DNA of 64,000 nucleotides from an uncultured virus (IMG/VR IMGVR_UViG_3300025286_000007). Its lineage: Duplodnaviria; Heunggongvirae; Uroviricota; Caudoviricetes. Numbering within the stretch: the first letter of the stretch is position 1; each line of letters begins with the position of its first letter. Below the pieces are notes generated by a model, which made no database searches, was not told where the DNA came from, and saw only the letters and a list, made by a program, of their open reading frames with translations. Of this stretch, positions 30,617-40,710 are shown one piece after another. The position numbers were made by a program, and so were the translations under genes. The stretch lies in IMG/VR virus record IMGVR_UViG_3300025286_000007, one strand, 5' to 3'.

Positions 30617-32329
30617 ATGAAATTATCAGATTATCTACCTGAAGTTCCAGCATTTGCTCAACAAATGAGTGCTTTAAGTAATCAAATTAACCAGTTTCAG
30701 TTAATGAAAGCTGCTGGGGATACAGGACAAGCCCCAACAATTGGTCTAGACCATGTAGTTAATACATGGGTTCGTCATCAAATGGCGTATAGACAGCAAT
30801 TGGTTATGGACTTACAGACTATTTGCATGACGGTAGAGGAAATACGCTCTCCATTAAGTCATATAACGAATGAAGTATTCAGGAGAGGCTTACAATGGAA
30901 ACCTTTGATAGCCGATCCAGATGAAAGTCAACTAGAAGTTTTTAGTAAATTTCTAAAAGACTGTAATGTCTTTGATCAAAGTTTGGAAGAAGTTATGAGA
31001 CAATTTCACTTTGATGTAAATTCTATAGATGATGGTTTTATATATCTTGCTAAAGAATATTATAGTTCTGGAGATGGTTTATTACGGTCTAAGGTTAAAG
31101 AGATTCGTAGACTGAACCCATCTTTGGTAGAATTTGACTTAGATGTTTCCGGTTTGCCTAAGAACGCTCATTTCCTTTGTCCTATACATAGAGAGCAAGT
31201 TAAAGATACGCCTCAAAGCTGTGATCAACACGGCTGTGTTAGACAATGTCAACCAGTTATGTATAAATACTATCATCGTAATCAACAAATTTATTTATTT
31301 GATTCTGAAGTAATCCATATGACTAAGTTCTCTCCTTCCGAAACGTATGGCTGGTCGCCAATATTAACAATCTTTGAAAAAGCACTAACGTTGATTGGAA
31401 TGGATAAGAATCTTTATAGGTATTTCTTTGAGAGAAAGATGCCAGCTTCTATGGTTATGGTAACGACTGATGATCCTGAGAGTTTGAGAAGGGAACGAGC
31501 TAACATAGCGGCTCAGACACGGCTTGACCCTAACTATATTCCTATGATTGCTGTTTCAGCTAGGAATCAGCGAGGTAGAGTAGATATGGTACGCCTCTTC
31601 CACACTCTACAAGAAATGGACTATCTACCAGTTAGGGAGGAAATTAGGGAAAGGGTTGCAGCTATGTGGGGAGTTACTCCTGCATGGCAAGGCGCACCAG
31701 ATGCTTTTGGTGGGTTGTCTAGTCAAACACAGCAACTAGTCGTTATGAGTCGTGTGGTTGAAGCAGATCAACGATTATTTCATGAAAAAGTATTTCCTGT
31801 TCTATTAGACGCTTTTGGAATTACAGATTGGGCCTTAGTTCTTCCTAATCCAGAGGAGAAGGCTGAAGCAACTAAAATTAGTTTTGCTCAACAGAAGGTT
31901 CAAGTTGCTAATGCGTTAGCTCAATTAGGATTTACTATTACCTTAAAACAACAAGGAAGTGATTTAGGAGACGTAGATTTTTCTATAAGTGGTGAATATG
32001 TACCTACGGCTCAGATGCAAGGAGAACAAATGGGTATGCAAATTGCACAACAAGAACAGCAATTCCAGATGCAACAGCAGCAACAGGAACAACAACAGCA
32101 GCAAATAGCGGCTGCTCAAGAGCAAGCTAATCAAACAGGTGAACCTGTGGAGGTTGATGTTGGCGGTGGTGGCGAAGGCGGTGGTGGTGAAGCTGAGATA
32201 CAGGCCATGCTTAAGGCTGATGATGATTCCCATAACTCAGATAAACTTTCTGAATCTGAAAAGATGCGAAAACTTAGTGACGCCTTAATGCATGAGGAAA
32301 TGTATCCTGATCAAGACGAGGAAGAATAA
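30617..32329 (+). CDS. Portal protein (HK97-like) with a Cys/His insertion and a Q/E-rich tail
   Basis: EVIH...YGWSPI, YRYFFERKMP, DYL..REEI..RVAAMWGVTP. Confidence 0.8.
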   Translation: MKLSDYLPEVPAFAQQMSALSNQINQFQLMKAAGDTGQAPTIGLDHVVNTWVRHQMAYRQQLVMDLQTICMTVEEIRSPLSHITNEVFRRGLQWKPLIADPDESQLEVFSKFLKDCNVFDQSLEEVMRQFHFDVNSIDDGFIYLAKEYYSSGDGLLRSKVKEIRRLNPSLVEFDLDVSGLPKNAHFLCPIHREQVKDTPQSCDQHGCVRQCQPVMYKYYHRNQQIYLFDSEVIHMTKFSPSETYGWSPILTIFEKALTLIGMDKNLYRYFFERKMPASMVMVTTDDPESLRRERANIAAQTRLDPNYIPMIAVSARNQRGRVDMVRLFHTLQEMDYLPVREEIRERVAAMWGVTPAWQGAPDAFGGLSSQTQQLVVMSRVVEADQRLFHEKVFPVLLDAFGITDWALVLPNPEEKAEATKISFAQQKVQVANALAQLGFTITLKQQGSDLGDVDFSISGEYVPTAQMQGEQMGMQIAQQEQQFQMQQQQQEQQQQQIAAAQEQANQTGEPVEVDVGGGGEGGGGEAEIQAMLKADDDSHNSDKLSESEKMRKLSDALMHEEMYPDQDEEE

Positions 32330-35300
32330 TGACTACTTTTAATGAGGAGGTAAGTGGAGAATATCAACAAGAAGAAAAACCAATTGTAACCATTACTGAC
32401 GAGAGTCTACAACTTCCTAAAGATCAACGTTTATATATTAATTCTAATGAGCTTCGTGACTATGCTGGAATGGGGTTGGCAATCTATGAAGGGCCAAGAA
32501 AAGGAGAGTATGTAGATAGAAGTTTATTGGATGATAAAGGGAAACCTACAAAAGTGCCAATTGACTATGAGCAATATCATTATGTAGATACTCGTAGGCA
32601 TTGGCTTAAACAGCATATCAACCAATATCCACCTAAAGCTACTGGGCCTCTTATATTTAGAAATCAAGAAACAGGAAGTATGGAGACTATTGACTTAGAG
32701 ACGTTACATCCTGTTCCTAATCATACTCCTAATTTATATCGGTATACTCAAGATGGTAAAGTAGTAGAGCTTCCTGCTGGTATCGCTCATTATGATAGTG
32801 AAGGTAATAAATTATCTCCCCATAAAGATGAACGTGATCGCCCTATTATTATTCAACAGACTCAAGCTCTTATTCTAAATGCTTATCGTGATCAGAAAGT
32901 ACCTAACAATGCCACCAATGTGTTTGTGGCTGGAAATGAAACTTCTGAAATACAAGCAATCTATCGGAATGTACAAGGAAAACAACAGGTAATCTTTTCT
33001 CCAGAAGAGGCTAAGAGAAGAAAAGATGTTCATTGGAAGAACCAACTTGAGGCTAGGAAAAGTGCAGATGACTTAATAGATACCTTATCTGCGGATATTG
33101 ACAATATAGATACTTGGTCGGAAAATGATCAAGTTATTTTATTAATTGGTCGGATGGGTTTTCGTCATGGAGGGGATACTATTAGTTTTCTTGCAGCCAA
33201 TGAGGAAGAGCAAAAAAAGAATGGGGCAACAAGCCCTCAAAATACAGGAGAACGTACTGGAATAGGTGCATCATCCTTAATAGCTAAGGAAGTATCTATT
33301 CAAGACGATGGTTCCGTAAGGTTCCAGTTTTTAGGGAAGAGTAAAATTCCTCACGATCATGTATCAACTGATCCCTTAGTTAAACGAATTGTACAACAGG
33401 CGTTGCGTGGGAAACAGTCAGGAGAGCAACTCTTTCCAAGAGCTAACACGAAACAAAATCTAAATAGATTACGAAAACTTACTGGCAATAAGCGCATGGA
33501 AATAAAAGACATTAGAACTTATATTGGAACTTCTATTGCTAGGGATTTAGTTAAACAAGAAATCGCTAATCGTGGAGGTAGGACTACGACTACGGAGGAG
33601 TTTAAGGAAGCATTAAAACGAATTTCTATAGAAGTAGGTAAAGCATTAGGACATAAAAGTGGGAGTAGAGATAAAGACACTGGAGAAATGATGTATGAAG
33701 ATATAGGAACAACGGCTCTTAAGTATTATATTGATCCTGTAGTTTGGCAAGATTTAGCTCCCGAAGGTACAGTCGAAAAACTTATGAAAATGGTAAAGAA
33801 TTTACAGACTCTCTCTAAAACTCTTCCTCCAAATGCAATATACTCTTCAACTGAAGCCCCTCCTAAAGGAGCTATGACATTTGTAACAGAAGAGCGAGAA
33901 GCAGAGTATTGGTTACAACCTACAGAAGTCTTTCCTCAAACTCCAAATGTACAAGAGGTAATTGATGCTAATCCACAAGCACAACAGATTTTACAGGACT
34001 TAGGACAACAAGGAACACCGTATGTAGTAGGTGGTGGTGTACGAGATATTTTGCTAGGTAAACCTAGTAAAGATATAGATATTGAAATGCATGGAGTTCC
34101 TATGGATAAATTAGGCCAGCTTATGGAAAAACATGGGGGGAAATCAGAACAAGTAGGTAAACAGTTTGGAGTGTTTAAAGTGGGTGATGTAGATGTCTCA
34201 TTACCTAGAACAGAGACTAAAACAGGGACTAAACATACAGATTTTGATGTTCAAGTACATACATCATTGCCATTAAAACAAGCAGCACGTAGAAGGGACT
34301 TTACTATGAATGCTTTGATGTATGATGTAAAGAATCATAAGGTCATAGACTTTTTTGGTGGGCATGATGATATCGTAGCTAAAAAAATTAAACATGTTGA
34401 CGATAAAACCTTTGTAGAAGACCCATTGCGTGTTTATAGAGCGGCACAATTTGCAGGAAGATTTGGTTTTTCAATTGATGATTCGACCAAAAAGTTAGCT
34501 CAGTCTATGGATTTATCAGATTTACCAAAAGAAAGAATTTTTGATGAGATGTCAAAACTGTTATTAAAATCTCCATCACCTTCGGTAGGTTTGCAAGCGT
34601 TAGAAGATATGGGAGTTTTTAATCAACAAATGACAGAATTAAAGGATTTACGAGATACAATACAACGAGATGATTTTCACGCTGAAGGAGATGTATTTAC
34701 TCATACAAAAATGGTTATCGATGAAGCCGCACGAGTTAGTAAGCGATTTGAACGAGAAAAAGATCGACATATCATTATGTTATCTGCCTTACTCCATGAT
34801 ATAGGTAAGCCAGCGACTACTAATGAACGTGGTTTATCGCATGGACATTCCGAAGCTGGCACGGAACCCGCGAGGCAATTTTTAGAGAGATTAACTACAG
34901 ATAAAGAAATTATAGATACTGTTGTACAGATAGTAGAACTTCATTTAGTTCCATTACAGTACCATCATCAGAGAGAAGAACTAAAAGATTCCACTTTAAG
35001 AAGGATGATTAATAAACACGGAACGCATTTCCTTAATCTACTATCAGCCGTTTCCGAAGCAGATGCTCTTGGTAGACGCCATAGACAACCTGATGGTAGT
35101 ACAATAAAACCTACGAATGAGGCTAATGAATGGTTTAGAGCGAATATTAAACGAGTGTCTGAAGAAAGTGGTAGTACACCAGAAGGAAGAATTAAACCGT
35201 TAGTGACTGGTAATGACCTACTTGATTTAGGTTTTGTACAAGGCAGACGAATTGGGGAAGTACTACAAGATATTAAGAGACAGCAAGAAGAAGGTAAATT

Positions 35301-35829
35301 GACGGATAAGAAAGAAGCCCTTGATTATATTCAGGGTATCCATAAATCTTATGTCAGTGAATATTTCTTGAAGGCTAAAGGTAAATATAAGGGACGAACA
35401 GGTGGAATAACACCTGATTGGACAATGAAATTACCCGGTGAGGAAAGAGATATAGATGAATGGACAGAAGCTCGTAGAAAGAAAGCAGAGGAACGCCAGT
35501 GGGGAATTAAACCTGTAGGTGGACAGCCGATGGCTAAAACATGGATAGGTTCACTAGCTGATAAAGGATTTATATATCCGTTAATTAAGCAGGTTCTAGG
35601 TTCTCAGATGTGGTTTGCGCAAGATGGAATTGACTATATAGCTAATTTAGGAACGAATGAAGATGAGTTAGTCACTTCTGTAGATAAAGCAATATTTACC
35701 TATAATAAACCTAGTGTATCTTATGCGCCTTCTGGACGAAATAATCAGAATACAAAGAGGAAAAGTTCAGGTAAGCAAGGAGAGAGATATCAAGGAGATA
35801 TTATAGACGATGAGGAGGACGATTATTAA
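32329..35829 (+). CDS. Multidomain fusion: DNA topoisomerase IB + CCA-adding tRNA nucleotidyltransferase with HD domain
   Basis: TopoIB pentad GFR, LGK, KDIRT, LGH, KYYIDP (about 32890-33760); VVGGGVRD, DID, RRDFTMNAL, EDPLR, HAEGDVFTH, LLHDIGK, TGNDL (about 33970-35340). Confidence 0.88.
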   Translation: MTTFNEEVSGEYQQEEKPIVTITDESLQLPKDQRLYINSNELRDYAGMGLAIYEGPRKGEYVDRSLLDDKGKPTKVPIDYEQYHYVDTRRHWLKQHINQYPPKATGPLIFRNQETGSMETIDLETLHPVPNHTPNLYRYTQDGKVVELPAGIAHYDSEGNKLSPHKDERDRPIIIQQTQALILNAYRDQKVPNNATNVFVAGNETSEIQAIYRNVQGKQQVIFSPEEAKRRKDVHWKNQLEARKSADDLIDTLSADIDNIDTWSENDQVILLIGRMGFRHGGDTISFLAANEEEQKKNGATSPQNTGERTGIGASSLIAKEVSIQDDGSVRFQFLGKSKIPHDHVSTDPLVKRIVQQALRGKQSGEQLFPRANTKQNLNRLRKLTGNKRMEIKDIRTYIGTSIARDLVKQEIANRGGRTTTTEEFKEALKRISIEVGKALGHKSGSRDKDTGEMMYEDIGTTALKYYIDPVVWQDLAPEGTVEKLMKMVKNLQTLSKTLPPNAIYSSTEAPPKGAMTFVTEEREAEYWLQPTEVFPQTPNVQEVIDANPQAQQILQDLGQQGTPYVVGGGVRDILLGKPSKDIDIEMHGVPMDKLGQLMEKHGGKSEQVGKQFGVFKVGDVDVSLPRTETKTGTKHTDFDVQVHTSLPLKQAARRRDFTMNALMYDVKNHKVIDFFGGHDDIVAKKIKHVDDKTFVEDPLRVYRAAQFAGRFGFSIDDSTKKLAQSMDLSDLPKERIFDEMSKLLLKSPSPSVGLQALEDMGVFNQQMTELKDLRDTIQRDDFHAEGDVFTHTKMVIDEAARVSKRFEREKDRHIIMLSALLHDIGKPATTNERGLSHGHSEAGTEPARQFLERLTTDKEIIDTVVQIVELHLVPLQYHHQREELKDSTLRRMINKHGTHFLNLLSAVSEADALGRRHRQPDGSTIKPTNEANEWFRANIKRVSEESGSTPEGRIKPLVTGNDLLDLGFVQGRRIGEVLQDIKRQQEEGKLTDKKEALDYIQGIHKSYVSEYFLKAKGKYKGRTGGITPDWTMKLPGEERDIDEWTEARRKKAEERQWGIKPVGGQPMAKTWIGSLADKGFIYPLIKQVLGSQMWFAQDGIDYIANLGTNEDELVTSVDKAIFTYNKPSVSYAPSGRNNQNTKRKSSGKQGERYQGDIIDDEEDDY

Positions 35830-36698
35830 TGACTAAAAAAATTAAGAAAGTTGAAACAGGGGCTAATATGGACGGCTCTAATCTGGGAGGAACTAAACCT
35901 AATATAAAGAGGGTTAGGCAGAGACAGCCTAATGCTCCAGAATACCCCCCTACTCATGGAGGGCTATTAGGGCCAAAACGACTAGATTGGGGAAAGAAAG
36001 GAAAGACTCCCACAAGTAAGGGTGGGTCTGGTTCCCATAACCAAGTTAATAGGAAAACCAGAATTATTGAAGATATGATTAAAGAAGGCGAGGGTGGAGG
36101 AGGTGATACCACAGGGCTAGGAGCAACTGTATTTACTTCTACTAATGCAGGTATTTTTACTCCTACATATGGAGGAAATGGTAGGAAGCGTAGGGTAAAG
36201 TCGAAAAAGAAGCGAACAGGTATTGAACGATTAGGGGTATTTCTTACAGACGGATCACCAGAAAAGAAAATGAGAAAGACAACCGTCTTAAAAAATTGGG
36301 TTCAAAAGCAGGGAGTAGATGACCCACCTAAAGTTGTTGAACGAAAAGGACATCTTGATCAACAAGCCGCAGTTAAACAGAAGGATATGGAGCAACGAAT
36401 TGCTAATTTAGATGCGGCTGCTAAACGATCTGGAGAACAGAAAGAATTTCCGTATGGACATATAGCTCCACATATAGAAGATGTTAAATTATCTAAACAG
36501 CCTATGGCTTTTGGCAATCCTCAAGATGATGAATTAAAGAGAGGAAGTAAAAAAGATAATTCCAAATGGGCAGAATCAGTAGAATTAGAATTGAAGAAGT
36601 TTCTTGATGAGCTTACTTATAATAATCAACAGACTCTTTTAAATGAGATCAATATTTATAAGAGTGATACAGTTGACTCTTTATTAAGGAGAATTTGA
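35829..36698 (+). CDS. Basic, low-complexity hypothetical protein, possible internal head protein
   Basis: TAATG coupling; K/G/R-rich. Confidence 0.65.
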   Translation: MTKKIKKVETGANMDGSNLGGTKPNIKRVRQRQPNAPEYPPTHGGLLGPKRLDWGKKGKTPTSKGGSGSHNQVNRKTRIIEDMIKEGEGGGGDTTGLGATVFTSTNAGIFTPTYGGNGRKRRVKSKKKRTGIERLGVFLTDGSPEKKMRKTTVLKNWVQKQGVDDPPKVVERKGHLDQQAAVKQKDMEQRIANLDAAAKRSGEQKEFPYGHIAPHIEDVKLSKQPMAFGNPQDDELKRGSKKDNSKWAESVELELKKFLDELTYNNQQTLLNEINIYKSDTVDSLLRRI

Positions 36699-36724
36699 CA
36701 GGTGGCAAACTCATCGGTTATACT
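36695..36724 (+). promoter_or_regulatory. Sigma70-type promoter
   Basis: TTGACA-N18-TATACT. Confidence 0.55.
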
Positions 36725-36983
36725 GTGTCCAAAATGTAATGGGTGGATGGACGTTAATTTAGATCAGGATTTACATTGTATACAATGTGGAAAAGTTATT
36801 GTCTTACAGATAAGGAGGAAGTATGATTCCAGAACAGGCAAAATTAGAGATAAAAAGAAAGAAGGCGACAGGACAGAGTTGGACGAGTATAGCACAGTGG
36901 CTAGAAAAAGAATACGGAATAGATATTCACCGCACAACAATTCAGCGATGGCACGACAAGGAGGTTTATTCAAACGATCTTGA
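36702..36983 (+). CDS. Zinc-ribbon hypothetical protein
   Basis: CPKC...CIQC; 3' part overlaps the next gene. Confidence 0.5.
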   Translation: MANSSVILCPKCNGWMDVNLDQDLHCIQCGKVIVLQIRRKYDSRTGKIRDKKKEGDRTELDEYSTVARKRIRNRYSPHNNSAMARQGGLFKRS

Positions 36984-38166
36984 GTTCGATGATTTGGAAG
37001 ATGATTACATAATGGATATGGAAGAGCGTATTAAACTTGATAAGAAAGTTGCTACTCACAAAGCAGAAGCAGTATTCTTTAAGAAGTTATATGAAAATGT
37101 TATAAAGAATGAAGCTAAAAAAGAAATTATTATTGAGGCAATCAAAAATAATGCACCGGCATTTCCAGCGTTGACTTCTGTTCAAACAAGTCCAAAGAGT
37201 TCAGACTTATATAAAAAAAGAGGAAGTACGCCTCAAGTCGTAGTGGCTCCGTTAAACGATTTACATATAGGTGATAATGTAAATTTAGAACAGATGGCTG
37301 GTTTAAATAGCTATGATATTGATATCTTTAATAGACGTTTATATGGGTGGGCAACGCAGTTATTAAAGCTTGTAGAGTTACGGAGAAACGTCGCCCCAAT
37401 TGATGAACTAGTTATTCCTTTATTAGGTGATATGGTTAGTGGGGATATCCATGAGGAATTAGCCAGAACAAACATAGATAATTGTATGAACCAAATGATT
37501 AGGGGTGCAAATTTAATTGCACAAGCGATTATGTTTCTGGCTCCCCATTTTTCTAAAATTAGAATTCCTTGTGTGGTTGGTAATCATGGTAGAATGACAC
37601 GTAAACCCCCAATGAAAGATAAGTATATGGATTGGGATTATATGGTTTATCAATGGGTTGCTGCCTATTTGCGAAATCAGAAACATATAACGTTTAGTAT
37701 TCCTAAAGCTTTTCTTAATTCTTTTGAAGTAGGGAATAGAAATATTTTGATTATGCATGGTGATTCTATTTCAGGGGCTGGAAGCACGATGGCTATTACT
37801 AGAGGCGTTACAGGATTAAGAGGCTTCCTTCAATATAGGACAACTTTAGAAGATGCTGTGCTTACTTCTGATGCTATGCTAACCAGTAAATTTGATTCAG
37901 TGTTAATGGGCCATTTCCATCGTATAGAGGAAATAGATATTGGAACAGGGGCGATTCATATTTGCGGAACAATGAAAGGTGGAGATGAATTTGCTGCTCA
38001 GAGAATGCATTCAATTAGTAAGCCTAAGCAACTAGTTACTTATTGGCATCCTAAATACGGTAATGTAGGTAAAGAAGTTATTTATTTGAATAGATATGAT
38101 ACTTCTACTAATATGTTTAAGGATATAATACCGGATTTATGGATTACTGGGGTTGAATATGATTGA
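36823..38166 (+). CDS. Metallophosphoesterase (calcineurin-like) with N-terminal HTH
   Basis: DLHIG, GDMV, GNHG, HGD, GHFH. Confidence 0.85.
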   Translation: MIPEQAKLEIKRKKATGQSWTSIAQWLEKEYGIDIHRTTIQRWHDKEVYSNDLEFDDLEDDYIMDMEERIKLDKKVATHKAEAVFFKKLYENVIKNEAKKEIIIEAIKNNAPAFPALTSVQTSPKSSDLYKKRGSTPQVVVAPLNDLHIGDNVNLEQMAGLNSYDIDIFNRRLYGWATQLLKLVELRRNVAPIDELVIPLLGDMVSGDIHEELARTNIDNCMNQMIRGANLIAQAIMFLAPHFSKIRIPCVVGNHGRMTRKPPMKDKYMDWDYMVYQWVAAYLRNQKHITFSIPKAFLNSFEVGNRNILIMHGDSISGAGSTMAITRGVTGLRGFLQYRTTLEDAVLTSDAMLTSKFDSVLMGHFHRIEEIDIGTGAIHICGTMKGGDEFAAQRMHSISKPKQLVTYWHPKYGNVGKEVIYLNRYDTSTNMFKDIIPDLWITGVEYD

Positions 38167-38455
38167 AATTGTTGTACAAAAGATACCTTGGCCTTTTCCT
38201 AAGTATGTTCATGCTGTAACACTGTGGCCCTTTATTTTTTATGAATGGGGGATTAAAGATGATCCAGCTATTCAAGCACATGAGAGATATCATTGGAATG
38301 ATCAGAAGAAATGGTTGGTTGTGCCTTGGTTTATAGCGTATATATGTTTACTGCCTTTTTATGGAGGAAGTAGAAGACACCCAATGGAAAAACCAGCATA
38401 CGAATTACAAGATAAAATTAATAGTTATAAGAAAGAAGAGAAGAGTTATGGTTGA
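38159..38455 (+). CDS. Small HExxH metallopeptidase-like protein
   Basis: AVTLWPFIF..HERYH..Q...PMEKPAY. Confidence 0.55.
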   Translation: MIEIVVQKIPWPFPKYVHAVTLWPFIFYEWGIKDDPAIQAHERYHWNDQKKWLVVPWFIAYICLLPFYGGSRRHPMEKPAYELQDKINSYKKEEKSYG

Positions 38456-38765
38456 TATAGTTAATGTTACTCGTGAAGACGTTATTGAGGCATTGAAGGA
38501 CGTTTATGACCCAGAGATACCTGTCAACGTAGTAGACCTTGGCCTTATATACGAGGTTCATGTGACCCCTGAAAATTCTGTGTATGTTATGATGACCCTT
38601 ACTGCCGCTGGCTGCGGCATGGGGCCATACATAGCCCAGCAAGCTGAGTGGCGCATAACTGAAGTGGAGGGTGTAGAGAATGTATATGTTGATATGGTTT
38701 TTGATCCTCCATGGAACCCAGGAAAGATTACTGAAGACGGAAAAATGCTGCTTGGTATTGATTAG
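38448..38765 (+). CDS. SufT/DUF59 Fe-S cluster assembly protein
   Basis: ALKDVYDPEIPVNVVDLGLIY, MTLTAAGC, FDPPW; likely start ATG 38448. Confidence 0.9.
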   Translation: MVDIVNVTREDVIEALKDVYDPEIPVNVVDLGLIYEVHVTPENSVYVMMTLTAAGCGMGPYIAQQAEWRITEVEGVENVYVDMVFDPPWNPGKITEDGKMLLGID

Positions 38766-38782
38766 AAGGAGAAAAAAGTGTA

Positions 38783-39427
38783 ATGAATGTTGAATTAATA
38801 GATAGTATGGGATCAGATTTAACTGTAGTAAATGCTGCTAGAGTATCATTCGATAAACATCATGAGGGGGTGACGGCTGGAGATGAAAAACTTATTGCAT
38901 ATCTTGCGAATCATAGTCATTGGACACCATTCGGACATCCCCAATTATAGTTCCGAATCTCTGCTCCTATATTTGTCGCTAGGCAACTAGTCAAACACCA
39001 AGTTGGCCTAGTATGGAATGAAATAAGTAGGCGGTATGTAGACTATACTCCTACTTTTGATATACCTTCTAAGTGGAGAGACCGCCCTAAAAATCGTAAA
39101 CAAGGGTCAGGAATAAATTTTATACAATTGGATGAAAAAAATGTTACCGATATAGAACTTCTTCATGCTAAAAGTGTTGAATTGTATTTTAAATTAATTG
39201 AACAGGGGGTAGCACCAGAACAAGCAAGAGCTATTCTTCCTCAAGATATGATCACAGAATGGTATTGGACAGGAAGTTTAGCGGCTTTTGCTAGAGTGTG
39301 TATATTAAGATTATCTGAAGATTCTCAAGATGAAACTAGACAAGTAGCGCAAAAAATATCAAATTTTATTTTAGAACTATTTCCAGTTAGTTGGAAATAC
39401 TTACTGGAAAAACGGATGCTTCATTGA
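38783..39427 (+). pseudogene. thyX: Flavin-dependent thymidylate synthase ThyX with one in-frame TAG at codon 56
   Basis: MGSDLTVVNAARVSF..HWTPFGHPQL*FRISAPIFVARQLVKH..WNEISRRY..APEQARAILPQ..WYWTGSL; TAG at 38948-38950. Confidence 0.85.
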
Positions 39428-39496
39428 TATGGCTTAGATTGCAATTTTTATTTTTGGACTCGTTAAAAACTGGCGATCATTAAGGGGAGGAATTAT

Positions 39497-39781
39497 ATGA
39501 TGTCTACTAAAAAACCAAATGTACATGCTCCTGAAACAACAGCTATATTTGACGTAAGAGAAGATGGGAAGAGTTGGGTATATAAGAACATTCTCATAAA
39601 GCATGATGGAGCTTCTAGTTGGCTAGTCTATATAAAGGGGGATGAGGACGGATGGGAAACACAAGATACGATAACTTGTCATGTGCCTCATCTGATCTCC
39701 TTGTTCGATTTGTTATGGTATCTTGTTCAAGGCCGACAGCCGCTGTTTTCTTCTGTTGCGGAGTTTACTCCTCTAGACTGA
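39497..39781 (+). CDS. Hypothetical protein, paralog of 57733-57987
   Basis: Shared W..NI.I.HDG.S, GWE, C.VPH and PLF motifs. Confidence 0.75.
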   Translation: MMSTKKPNVHAPETTAIFDVREDGKSWVYKNILIKHDGASSWLVYIKGDEDGWETQDTITCHVPHLISLFDLLWYLVQGRQPLFSSVAEFTPLD

Positions 39782-39826
39782 AAATATTAAAAAATGAATG
39801 TTATATAGTATAATATAATAGTACTA

Positions 39827-40324
39827 GTGAGGAGTATGATTATGCCTCGAAAAAAACGAAATATAGGACAAGACATTTACAATGCTATTTTAGATGGGCT
39901 TGAACAAGATGCTTCTGAATGGGCAGTTGAGACGGAATTGAAATATCCTAAATTGAGGGGATCAAGTATTTTAACCAGAACCAACAATAAAATAACAGTT
40001 GGTTTTAAGAGTGGGAAAGCGCTTGCGCAACTTGAAGAGGACATACCTGCTAGACCTATAATTGGGAAATATTTTCAAAAAGTTAAGCGCCATCAACGAA
40101 AAGGGACGGGGAAAAATAAACGAGGAAAAACCAGTGTCGCGGCTCATACGAAAACATTTAAGAATTATAAACCAATACAATTACGGTCAGGTGTGTGGAG
40201 AATGATGAATACAATACCAAAGGTAGAGGCTAAAAAACCTATTTCAAAAGCATTGAGGAGTCGGTATAGAGGAAAAAGTATGGAAAAAATTCTTAAGACC
40301 GCTATTGAAAATGGGATGAATTAA
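39827..40324 (+). CDS. Basic hypothetical protein (late)
   Basis: TAGTATAAT at 39806; GAGGAG RBS before ATG 39836/39842. Confidence 0.65.
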   Translation: MRSMIMPRKKRNIGQDIYNAILDGLEQDASEWAVETELKYPKLRGSSILTRTNNKITVGFKSGKALAQLEEDIPARPIIGKYFQKVKRHQRKGTGKNKRGKTSVAAHTKTFKNYKPIQLRSGVWRMMNTIPKVEAKKPISKALRSRYRGKSMEKILKTAIENGMN

Positions 40325-40358
40325 TTAGAGACTAAGAAAAGTTTAGAAGGAGGTTGTA

Positions 40359-40568
40359 ATGACTAATTTGCAAGTAACGAGGGATCAAGAATATATCATA
40401 GCGAGGCATTCTCGTATGGTAGGTAAAGTATTAGATTTAGTAGAAGCTACCATACCTGAAGGAAATCAATGTGAACGCTTTAAAAAGTTGATTCAAATAC
40501 CATTATACGATTTTAGAAATGAGGTTTTACGGTTAACAACCGGTGATTTAGTAGAATTGGATGAATAG
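40359..40568 (+). CDS. Hypothetical protein
   Basis: AAGGAGG RBS. Confidence 0.7.
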   Translation: MTNLQVTRDQEYIIARHSRMVGKVLDLVEATIPEGNQCERFKKLIQIPLYDFRNEVLRLTTGDLVELDE

Positions 40569-40590
40569 AGTTAGGATTTTACTCTACAGA

Positions 40591-40644
40591 TAGTATAATA
40601 AATTAGGGCAAAATTATAATATATTGCCTAAATTATAGTATAAT
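40591..40644 (+). promoter_or_regulatory. Tandem putative late promoters (TAGTATAAT x2) upstream of scaffold/capsid
   Basis: Copies at 40591 and 40636 separated by a TTAGGGCAA/TTGCCTAA inverted repeat. Confidence 0.65.
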
Positions 40645-40710
40645 TCCCAAATAGTCGGCGGTGGCTTAGACCAACTGTTAGGGGCATATCATAAATAGGG
40701 GGTAACAATT

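Noticed and set aside
32040..32190. CAG/CAA and GGT repeats as a functional DNA array
   Set aside because: Explained by poly-Gln and poly-Gly coding in the portal tail
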